Shown here piece by piece: positions 12,901-24,900 of a stretch of DNA of 64,000 nt. Source of the stretch: Raillietiella orientalis (lineage: Eukaryota); contig JAYWIR010000009.1 in the NCBI GenBank assembly GCA_036172245.1, positions 4,898,001-4,962,000 of the forward strand, read 5' to 3'. The notes under the pieces were generated by a model. It was not told where the DNA came from and ran no database searches. It worked only from the letters and a program-made list of their open reading frames with translations. Position 1 is the stretch's first letter. The number at the start of each line of letters is the position of its first letter. The position numbers and the translations under genes are program-made.

Positions 12901-15900
12901 ATAAGAGTGTGCTTGAGCTAACTTCTCTGGCTTCAGCTCTCTTATCCTGTGTTTGTGATCCTCCAATCACCACCAATTCTTGAACTTCGTCCCACCTGTG
13001 TCACTCATTACCATTTATCTTTCGCCACTTCTTCATACCGTTTCCATCTTTCTTTGGGGTGTTGACTTTTTTCCTTTGCATATCAATTTGAAATTTCTGT
13101 CGCTGGCTTCAGCTTGTCTCTTGAGCCTCGATGTCTCGGTGACACGGTGGCTGCAGAATCTTTTTCTCCAAATCGTTTTGCATTCCTTCATAGTTCACAG
13201 TCTCTGTGGGGCAGCATCCTTACAAGCAGCCTTTGGAGCATCGATCCGTCTGCATAAGCAAGGGGTGGTCGGGACCATCATCGCTAATCATCCTTGTGTG
13301 TACTTACTTGTCTTCGCCCTTGCATGTTTGAAACATGCAAGGGATGCTTCGACCTATTGAGGTGAAGTGGCATCGACTGATGTCAGTTTCATTTTTTGTT
13401 CTCGCGCCAGTGAATTTTGGAATAGATCTCACGCTTGCTTCTCACGAGAAAGGTGTGTGTAGTGGCTCTTGCTCCAGCAATCCTTACTCCTGAATCACTG
13501 CAAACTTGATGTGGTATAATCCGATAATCAAACCCGGAAAGCACTTCTGAATGGGAATCATATCGGCAGAATTCTTACCTGGGTGAATACATTCGCGATG
13601 TTCGTAAGTCGGCGAGCGGCAGATGAGACACCCATTAAGCAGTCTGTACACTGCCTTGTTGAAGTGTATGGCATGCTTTAGGTTTCCGACGGTAAAAGAA
13701 TTTCGGGGGGAACATCGAGGAAGAAGTTTCGCATGTCTTGTGTGTAATCGTCATGTAGAACTGTTGTAGGTGTAATGTTGATAGTGAAAAACCATGTGCT
13801 GCAATGGAAGACCCTATTTGAATCTTGGAACTTATCACAAGAGTCAGCTTGGGCTTATCATACCTTAGCTCCTCGGAGTAAAGTGCGAATCATCAAATGC
13901 ATTAGGAATACTGAAAAAAGAAACGTTTTCCTTTCGAACCGTGATGTTGTCATTGAACGTATTTGTCGGTGGCCTCTACTCTTGATTTTGTTAATAAGGG
14001 ACCAGACGTTCTTGAAAATTTGAAACTCCAGGCAAGTGCAATCCGTCGGACCTTACTGAAAGTGAAACCACTTTCACGCAAGAAACTTCTTTACGTGGAT
14101 GCTGAAGGGATTGCGAATGGATGGATGGTGGTGGCTGCGGGCGGGAGAGTTCTTTCTGTTGAAGGACCCCTCGCACTCCATCGAAATCGTGTGGACGAAA
14201 GTCACTGGCTCCAGGGCTCTCCTCGAGACCCTGCCCGAGCCTGCTCGAGACCTTTTGCTTGCGTTCCCCTCCTTCGAAGGCCAGTTGGGATGAATGGTCT
14301 TCCCTTCTCGAGGTCCATCCCGTTCCCGTACCGTTCTCACTGTAGGTGACGGGAGTCCGGTATTAGGATTGGGATCCCATCACGTGGGGAGGGCACCCGG
14401 TGGAACTCTACGTGTTCATCACAACCGTTCTTTCAGGAAACGAAGATATCGTTAATGGAAATTTGAAGTTGATCCTGGGTTTAATATGGTCATTAATTTT
14501 ACGATATCAGATCGGCAGGTTGAAGTTCCCACCCAAAAAGTTGATGTTGGCCTGGCTAAAAGTAAGTGATTTCCTTATAAATTTTGAAACTTTTGTGAGT
14601 CTTTTTCTCGTGTAACCTTTACTTCTTGCATGCCATTGCTGGTTCTCATGTGCTTTGTGCCGTAGATGTTTGTTCTTTTTTTTTTCTTTTAGAAAGGAAA
14701 AAAATTACTGTTTTAATTTCAGTGTGTTTTACCAAATTGCCAACTAAGAAATTTCACCACAGACTGGAATTCAGGAATCAATCTGAGTGCTCTTTTAGAT
14801 TATTGTCGTCCAGGAATCTTTTCGAATTGGACCGGACTGAATCCAGAGAACAAGTAAGATCAGTTTCACTTCTTCTCAAAACAAGATGTTAGCTGGCACT
14901 TGTCTCTCACAAATGGTACCCAAGCTGGGTAACATTTGAACACACACACACACACACAAATCAATCGAGTTATCTGTTTGAATCGACCGATTTTCTTTTT
15001 TCCTCAAATTGGAATGTGCATGTAGAAGAATAAATTCAGTTTATTCCAATGCAGTTTGTTTGCATGTGAAAAAAGTGCTCCAAATGATTGGCTTTCATAG
15101 ATTAGCGAATTGCCGAAAAGCAATGGAAATGGCTTATCGAGAATTCAATATTCCCATGGTTTTGGATCCAGAATACTTATCATCCCCGTATCTAGATGAA
15201 CTGTCTGGGATGACTTATCTTTCGTATTTCATGAGAGAAAATAGTCCTGGATATAACGCTACTTTGGCATGGGTTAAAAAGCAGATTCCTTCTATGATGA
15301 TAACTAATTTTACAGTAAGTCTAGAGAGAGTTAGTAGTAGTTCAGGACATCTTTTGTTTTTCAGACTGACTGGAATGATGGCATTGCTCTGTGCACCCTT
15401 GTGAAATCCCTTGGGGGTCCCGTTCCAGGATATAATAAATTAAAAAAAGATCCAGTGTACTGGGAAGATAACATAGCTTTGGGTAAAATGAGAACCTGCA
15501 CTGCTTTATTATTTTTAGATTCTTTTCATTTTTCATGAAAATCACTTTCTCAATTCCGTTCTTAGTTTTTTGGTGGCATTCTATGTACTGATGGCAATTT
15601 CTTATCTGAAGGTAGTACTTTTTCTTCAGTCTTTATCATCTTTACTATTGTTTTCTATTATTATAAAGCGTGCTATGTGATTAGGTATGAAAGGAGCCGA
15701 AAAACTTAATGTGGAAACGTTAATGAAACCCAGAGATATGGCTGATCCGAATGTTGGCCATTTAGGAGTCATGATGTACATTTCCCGTTTTCAATGGGTT
15801 GTTCCTCGCAAGGCTCCCTCGGAAAGACTGCATGTTTATTGTGATTCCAAAAATGCTCGTGTCAACGATGTGGTTAGTAGAACTTTCACATTCCCACACC

Positions 15901-18900
15901 CAATTTTTGTTGTAGTGTCATTTCAAAATTGATTATTTGGCGGATGTTGATCCACAAGAGATCGATGCATATGTGGAAGGCCCTTCTGGAAAAGTGGAAT
16001 GCAATCTGCATCATTCAGTTTCTGGAAGCACTGGTTCTTTTATCCCTAAAGAAGTTGGCATGTACCAGGTATGCTGTAGGCTTAAACTTTGGAGTCTATT
16101 GTATACCAGTTGTATGTGGAACTCCAAGAAGAATTGGTCTCTGGATGTCCTATTAAAGTTAGAGCATTGCCTGATTTGTCCAATGTCGTGTTTTCTGGTA
16201 TTGACCCGTGTGCAATCGCCTCACTTGTGGAAGTCTTGGTAATAGAAATTTCATGTGGAAACATACATGCTAGTGTTTTTCTATTTCCTAGATAAATCCT
16301 AATGGTACAGAAGGTGGGAAGATTGAAGTCTCGGCACAATCTCCACGTGGTCATGTTAGCAAGCTTCCGGTACAGGAGGACGAGGGCGTGTATGCTGCTA
16401 CTTTCCAACCAGATGAAGCAGGAGAGTGGCTCATTGCTATCACATATGATGAAGAACACATTCAAGGAAGTCCGTTCACTTGCTTTGTCTTCGACCCCCA
16501 TGGAATCCAAGTAAGTCGAATCTTCTGACTCACTCCTCCCCATGCTAAAACTACTTATTCAGCTTCATCAGTTAGAAGGGGCTGTTCCACACCAGCCATT
16601 TTCTTTCATCTGTGACGCTACAGCTTCCTTCTGGGGTGACATTAAGCTGGACATTGTTCATAAAGGTCGATCCATGGCTCACACCATGCACGAGACTAGT
16701 CCAAGAATCTATACAGTGACTTTTACTCCTGTGGAGCACGGAAAATATCGTATATATGTATATTGCCACGGACATGAAGTGAGAGGTAAGGTGGCACAAA
16801 AAAAAAAACGTAGCCAATGGCTTGCTTTAGGATCTCCATTTAAGCTGTATGTTCACGGAGGTAGAAAAGTAGTTTCTCCGCCACCTAAAGAAGTCAAGAC
16901 ACGTAAGATCATCAGATAATGTCACCCTACTCAAAGTGTGCTTACAGGTGAGATCTCAAATCCGGATCGCATCGACCACATGACTCTTTCTCCGCAAAAT
17001 AGTCTTCCTCGCCCAGCTAAGCTTGTTTCTCCAGAAGTTGTACAGGAAGTGAGTCGTTCCACTGCTCATAAAAAAGTGTATGTTAATCATGGGAGTCCTG
17101 ATGCAGAAATTGAAATTCAGAGTACGTGACGTTGCTTGTTACCAAGATTAATGGTCTCTGGTCATGCACAGGCAAGGTGAATCACTTGGCGCAAGTGTAC
17201 ATAGAGAGACTAAAAGTTGACAGTGTGGTCTTCCCCGCCAATACTGTTGAAGAAGTGATTCTTTCAGAAGAGAAGATCAAACTAGTACCTATCAATAAGC
17301 AGGCTGCATTTAGCATACATGCTCCAGGATTTCCACTAAAAGAAATCCAGATACGTATTTCAGGTATTTGATTGCTTTATAGGCTTGGTGGTTTTGACAG
17401 TTATTGACTGACTGACTGACTGACTGACCGACTTGCATTTCACTAAATTACTAACTCAGCATGAAATAGGGAAAGGGATTGGGAATAACATTTTTGCATT
17501 GGGTAAGTGATGCAACTTGAAAGAGTTTTGACAGCTCCTCTTTTATCCTTGGTCAAGATCCTGATGATGTCTCTGTACCGTTTACGATCAAGAATGAGGA
17601 ACCAGATATTTTTGTGGAATTCACTCCTTGTCAAGTTGGGGAGCATGTTGTTCACGTGGAGATCCATGGAGATCCGGTGCCAAATTCTCCACTTCACTGT
17701 TATGCTTTCAATAGTCAAATGATTTACTTCAAACCTGTTCCATTCGGCGAAGTCGGAAAGCCAGTTGAATTTGAAAGTAAGGTTCTGAGAGAAGGGATGT
17801 GACTGTGTAGTTGATTGTTCGTTGGCCGGTCCTGGCAATTTAGACATCTCAGTTAACGGGGGACGAGTAACAAGTACCATCCAAAGTCTAGGACCCCAAC
17901 GGTTCCTTGCATCCTTCACACCTCAACACGCCATTCATCATGAGATCCAAATGTCTTTCAATGGAGAATCCGTTCCCGGTAGGTGCAGCACACCACTGTT
18001 TCTGAACAGCGCCAAGTTGTGGCTCTGATTCGAAGGAATCGGTCAGCAATTTGGCCATTTGGGCAGACGTTCAAGAAAATGCCCCGTTTCTTGGCCGTTG
18101 CACATTGTATTTTCAACCCAATGTCGATTTCGATATTTGCTTGCGTGCAGGCGTTGTGAAAACACGCCTCTCCGTGCCGAAAATGTTTTTGCTGCTTCGG
18201 TGTGCACGAAGACGGGAGATTGGTGGGAGGCATTTCGGCCGTGACCTCCGTCCCGAGTTAAGGAGAGGGAGGTGGAGGTGCTTCCTTTTAGCCGGAAGTC
18301 GATGCTGCTCGCATTGCAGAGCAAGGACGTTTCCACTGCCCAGCCCGTTCCGTTTCGAACACTTGGTGTTCCGCATTCAACGCGAGTGCCAAAACACAAC
18401 AACACTAAAGTTGGTCTCGGAAGATTCCGTATTGCACCCACAATGCAGCTCAGGAATTCGCGTGGTTTGCGCAGCTGCAAAAATGCGCGTCATCTGTAAG
18501 CAGACGTCTGTTTCCCTCGCAGGCAGGACTCCTCCTCCAAGACGGCAGTCTCCTGACCCAGCAGCATTGGAAGTGTGGCGCCTCGTGGGGAACTTCCATC
18601 AATCCTCCGAAACATTTGTGCGTGCGTGCGTGCGTTTGAAAACACTGGATCGTGCGTTCCAGCTTGTACACGTGCGCGTATTTAGAAATTTGTGTTGTTT
18701 GTGAACGTGGATTCCATCGACGGGGGATCCCCTGATTGGGGGTCTCGGGCTCGCGTTTTGCTGAGGGAATTTCGATCGACGGAAGGAATTTTCCGGCAGA
18801 AGACATCGTCGGTGGCGCCGTTCATCCTGAGGGACGGGGGGGGGGGGAAGAGTAAGAAGAAAAAAAATGCAAGCAAAAAGATTTCACCTAGAGTGAATTG

Positions 18901-21900
18901 CGTGATCTCGTAAACCAGTGGTGAAAACGAAAGTGGCAGTTCATTTGTTTTCAGTGTTGCAATAAGCAGGAGGAGGCGGCGGTGGCGTTTGATATTTCAC
19001 ACATATGGCACGGCGGGGGGGGGGGGGGGGAAGGGAGAAGAAAAAGAAAAAAACATGCGAAATTGTATGCGTGCGAAAAAATTTCGGTGCAACTTTAGCA
19101 CCGGCATTCGTTAACTCCCCAGCCTTGCATCATTGCTGATTTGGAAAGATCAGGAAATTTTCACGAGTTCGCAGCGAACCGGAACCGTGGATGAAAGCAA
19201 CGGAGGCTGAGGGAATTCTTCGGATATGTGTTCATTCTGTTTACGGGCCGTCCCCCCTCCCCCGCCGCATGCCGTCGCCTTCCTTCCTGATAGCCGTGTG
19301 ATTCAGGCACTGCGAGTAAGGTCGCGTCCACTCGCTCCTTCTTCCTTTTTCATGCGCTTATTGCATTTGGTTGCCCCTGGTGGAACTTTTACGAAGGCTT
19401 CGGAAATTAGGAGATGAAAACTAAGGCTCGCTGGAGAGAGAGAGAGAAAAAGCAAAAAACAAAATTCGCGCGTTCAAAGAATGGTATGCAGCGCGCGTCT
19501 TCGGGTGTGTACCTGGTTCCTTATGTACTCTCCTGGAATGGTATGCAGCGCGCGTCTTGGGGTGTGTACCTGGTTTCTTATGTAGTCTCCTGGAAGTTGA
19601 GCATCCTCGAAAGATGGGATTCAAACTCCTGGCTGCAGCTTATGGATAAATTCATTTCGTACTGCGCTTTAGGGCGATCGCAGAGTGGCTCACAAGATGC
19701 ATTTCCTTTTTGGCTTTTTTCTGGAATCTTTTTCTCGTACTCCTGACTACACCGTGGTTGTCATTCGACACATTGGATCTCTCTGCCTCGGTCTTACGAT
19801 CAGTAAGATTCTCATGCTAAACTTTAGTGAGATGATTTCATTTGCTTTCCATTTCTGGCGGAAACTTCCGACTTGGGCCCAAATCGTATTCCTTCCCTTA
19901 CCAATTGCATTCCGAACCAAATATTCTAAGGTTTCAAATAGGTTGTGATCCCATTTCTGTTCACTTGTGAGCTGGAAGGCAATTCCCAAGTTGCATATCC
20001 TTTGTCGCCAACAGCGTGTTAAGTTGCATATAGTGGTGCCGTCGGCTCAGGGGAACACGGCTGCACAGTCCGGCGAAAACAGCAGCAGCAAAAATATCGG
20101 CTGCATGGAATGCTGCGAAAGGGATTCCAAGGAAAGTCGGATGCGTGTTTCAAGAATCCTTGAGATGTGTGATCATCACTTTGCATGCAGCTAACGCATC
20201 GCTAATTGAATGCCAACACAGCTGCAAAGAGGGAACGCGCGCGCATGGGTGTGCGTGCCGTTGTGTTTGTCCTGCCAGTGCTTTGGTTTCAGCAGCGCGA
20301 CTTAAGAAATGCTGTAAACCGTTTTTCCACAAACGCACCACCGTTGCGCAACTGTGTCAGTAGTTCAGAGATGACCAAGCCGGTCCATGCTGCAGTCCCG
20401 CCACGGACTGCATCACAGCGTGATCGGCCAAAGTGACTCCTGCGCATAAGTCTCGACTACTTTCCACTCGGTATTGGAACTTTCTAGGCCCTCGTTATTA
20501 TCTCGGACTTTGTCGCCGCTTAACACTTACCCAGATGCTGATAAAACTGTGTTAACGATGGGAAGAGGTGCGACTGCAGCGGACGAATGGCTTTTTCATC
20601 AAGGTTTCCGCAAAAAGTAGGACGGGCGTCATTTGATGCTGATGATCCTGGGTGAACGGGAACGGACTTGCATCGTGGTGCTGCGACTTCTGGGAATTGA
20701 CGGAAGCAGCTTGCTTGGGAGATGAGCAACTGCGGCTCGGAATCCTCAGGCATCCCGGTTCTGAGACGTAACCGACTGGTGGTAGGAGGCGGAGCGTTGT
20801 CGATCGGATGAAATCGGAGCGGACCTCGTGCGGACAACGTCCGAACGAGCCACTTTTACCAGTCGGTGCGTCCCCGCGTGTTTTTGTCACCGCGGTGCGC
20901 AAGGTGCGCGGAGTGTGGGCGAGGGGCTGTGTCAAGCAATCGTTCCGTGGGGTCCCCGCAGCAGCCACACTTCCCCCGAACGGCGGCCGGGAAGCTGCGG
21001 ATCCTCCTCGTATCGGCGGGGGAGCAGTGCTCGAAAAATTTCGGATGCTGCTGCATCTGTTGATACTTTTCCGTTCCCCCGTGCAGTGACGTATTCCGTG
21101 TGCGAATTCGCGGACCCCCCCCCCCCGGCCTCCCTTGGTTCGGCAGTCGAATCGAAGGTGGTGCTTCCCCTCTCTGCTCCTTCTTCTCTGCCCCCGAAGG
21201 TTCTCCCGTCCGTCGCTTCAGCAGACTTCGGTGTTTCCTCCTCCGAAATTTCTTTCTCCCTCCGTTTGTCGCAGGGACTGCTTGGATGCTTGGCGGTTGT
21301 TTCTTAATTTATTATTTGTCTCATGCCGCGTTTCTGCATGAGCTCCCGGCGAAACGGTCCTCAACGCAGATGCAGCCCACGGTCGGACTCTAGCTTTTCG
21401 AACGCCTGCCAGTTTTTGTTTTGCACCCTCCCTCTTTTTTTCCCCACCCCCCACCGCCGTCGTGCACCCACGGGAGGAGTCTCGCTGTCGCGATCGACCC
21501 TCCCTTTCCCTCCGTTTTTGTCCGCGGCGCGATCCGCAGCGCCGTTGGCGTCGGTATGCGACCGCGGCGGTCATTCTGACCGAACGCGTCAGCCAGGCGA
21601 GGCTCCGGCATTCGCGGACACGGCCGGTGTTCTTCCGTGGGACACGGGCGGAGCTGCCACGGTCCGTCCAACATTCTTTCGAGCGATTTTCCCCGGAGAG
21701 CGGCGGCCCCGCGGAAGGGATGCATAAATTCCGCGCCGCACGGACGCTTTTGCGCCCGTAGACGGCGGCTTTGCCTTCTGCCGCGGCCGCTTGCCAGTCT
21801 TTCTGTTTGTTTGTTCGTTTTGGTTCGCTGCCGTTGCAGCGTCCGGGCGCTCTCGAAGTCGTTTCCCACCCATGGAGGTGACGTATCCGGTGGTAGCCAG

Positions 21901-24900
21901 GGTCAGGGGAGACGAGTGCTGAATCAGAATTCCATTCAACGAGAAAAGTAGGCAAAAGAGCCTCAGGCCTTTTTCGGATTTTTAATTCCTGTGCGTGGCA
22001 GGGGGGAGAGAGAGAGAGAGAGAGAGGAGGAGGAGGAGGAGAAGAAAGAAAAAAAAAATACACACACACACACACACACATTTTGAATTCTCTCGCGGAA
22101 CAGTTCAGTGGACCCCTCGCGTACGCTGCCAATTCGTGTTGCGGTTTTCGAAAAGTGTTTTGTTCCGTGTCCTCAGCCAAGTGCACTTGCTCGGAAGGGG
22201 AAAAAAAGCACGAAGTTGCAGCTTGTTTGATTTCGGCGTCGGAAACTCTGTAGGAAGGTGGCAGGTCGTGGCGTTCAGAGTACTCGTGCCGATGTAGGGC
22301 AGCCTGAAAAGGGCTTCTGCACCCATTGCGAGGCGATTCGCCCCAAGCAGTTCGTTTCCAGCACGGCTGTGAGCGAAATGGGCCGAACGAGGTGGCGCAT
22401 TTGCAGCAGCTCTGCCGTATCCTAAAGTCATGGCGAAGAACGGATAATCACCGCCCGTTTCGTTGCTTGTTCTGCGCGCTTGCTGGCCCTGCAGACAACT
22501 CGACTTGTTCTTGCGTGGTGCCAGGGTCCGTCCGCACGCCGAGCGAAGGGAAACAGCCCGTCGACCCGATCCGTCAGGAAATAGGAAGAAGAAGGTTAGC
22601 GGGTTCCGTTCGCGAGAGAGCGATCCTTCGGTCCGCGACGCACTTCTCGGTGTCTGGTGGTGTGAGTGAGCAGAAGGTGTTGCGATCCTGCGCGCATCTT
22701 TCGAACGAGCAGGGCGGCATCCGCAGCTTCTTCCCCCCCCCCCCCCATCCCGAGAAAGAAAAAAGAAAAGAAAAGTGGAAGCTGTGAATTCGCAGGAGGA
22801 ATGCATCGATTCGATGAAGACGCGGCGTGCTCTCTTCGTGAGGTTACCGGTCCAGCATTCCTGGTTGTAAATGACGAATTTCCCGTGACCTCGTTTCAGA
22901 ACTTGTCAGCGTTCGAGGCGCGCGAGCGCGTTCGGAAGAATCGGTTCGGGCGAGTTGGGTGTGCATTCCTCCCTCAGCGCTCCCAGCATCCACCTGATGA
23001 CTTTGTTCGCTGTAGCAACAGTTGCCTTTGCTGATAATCTGCATAAGCGACCGTGGGCGCCCGAAGCTGTGTACATCATATGCACAGTTATTTCGAAACA
23101 TTTGGGGCTGTCGTTTCGGAATTGCCAGCGTTTGCATGAATGTACCTCAGCGTGCGTGTAAGGCGGAGAGAGAGAGAGAGAGAGCTGTGTGTAACGAACT
23201 GTCTACCTGGACGTGACGTGATCGCTTGTGGTCATGCATTTCGGAAGTGTCAGAAGTCGCAAAGGGGGGGGGGGGGAGAAAAGGAAAGAAAGGCTGTTCT
23301 GGGCGGAGGGTGGGCGGGTGGGGGCGCGCGCGCACAGCAACTGACCGACTGGGTCGAAAAATATTCGAGAGACGAGCGTCGGAGGTGCCTATCCCCGCAG
23401 CCATAATGTCCACTTGCGATTCTTTACGTGATTCGCTCTCCGTTTTAAGAGCTTGTAAATCGTTATTGCAGCTGTTGTTTTTTTTTTTTTTGTCCAGATT
23501 CTTGGTACGGAGGAAATAATTCTGACAGATGAGACACTGCTACGTGCCAAACGGGAACCACGGGAATTCCAAAGCGTGCTGCTCCTTTTTAACGTAACGG
23601 AAGTGTTCGATAATCATTGTGAACAGGATTTTTTTTTTTTTTAATTTTTTTTTCGTACGACAGTTATTGAAGGACAGTGACGTCGGCCGGGATGTTTTCT
23701 TCCAGGGGAAAAAGGGACAGCCGAACGTGTGACCTGTCAGGGGGAAACCGGGTTGCGTGGTGACGTCAGAGTGGCGTGCAGTAATCATCATTTTTGTAAA
23801 CGAAGTTTAAAAACAGGAACGGTGCAGCTAGCAGAGCGAAAACCCATTCGTATCGGTGGTTTCATTCCGTGCTGAGTCGAAAGGACGGCGGTTTTTGGTT
23901 GGCACCTCGGAAATCGCGCGAATTCCATCGGATTTTTGAATACACCTCTGAGGCAAAGAATCGGAAATTGGAGGAGGGGGGGGGAATCCTGTGCTGCGGA
24001 GGGCGAAAGGTGTGTGGGAACTCGCCTGGACCCCAAGATGCTTCTGTTTACGCTAGTAAGGACGAAGAGCATTCCCCAAAGCATAGTAGGTCGTATAAGC
24101 GAGCGAATTAGTTGGAGACTTGCGAGGTCGGAAGACAAGTTGGATGTTCTGAAACCTTAGTGTACGTCCATGTGTCCACCTTGATCACGGTTTCCTTGGT
24201 AGAAATTTTGTTTTCGTGGTGTAAAACCTCCAGTGTTATACATTTCTTGATTTGGGAGCTTTCGTGGGGATCCATTGTCAGCTAGTCAGTTTTGATTCTA
24301 CGATCACCCCCCTACCCCTCCCCAGTTATTTTGTGGTGAAGATTTCTGTAGAGATCCTTTAAAGTTGTATCCTTTGTCAACTTCTTGTATATGTTGGAAC
24401 TCCTTCAAGAGATATCCGTCTTCCACTGTACTAGTCATTGAGGTTCCTGTACCATTTTTCGTTTTGTTTCTCGTGCTCTTCAGTGGGTTTGGATGTGAAG
24501 AGCTGACATTCTCCGTTCTCACCCCACCCCCCCATCCACCCCCGCCATTCAGTATTGTAACTTTTCTTGTGTGGATCCTGGCAGGGTTAAAATTCAATTT
24601 TGATCGCATATTCACTGCAAATGAAACAAACTGTCGTTTGGACGAATCGTCCATGTGCAAATTGCAAGTTTTATTTTTTTTTTTTTCATTGCAACAACAA
24701 AAAAATTGCACGTACGAATCCGTTTTAAATGAAACGCCGGTCGCCTTTTTGGTACTTTTTAATTAGCCTCAATTTCCTTCATTAAACCTCTACACGGAGA
24801 GTGACTCACGGCACGCCATTAAAGATGAAAAATGAAGTTGTCTCAGGCTGAAGGAACAATAAGTATATTGCGAGAAAGTTCCAAATTAAAAATTCGAGTG

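Noticed and set aside
18272..18499. Alternative filamin exon ending at CT|GTAAG near 18495
   Set aside because: In the open frame the donor is phase 2, incompatible with the phase-1 acceptor of exon 16, and the peptide has no filamin similarity.
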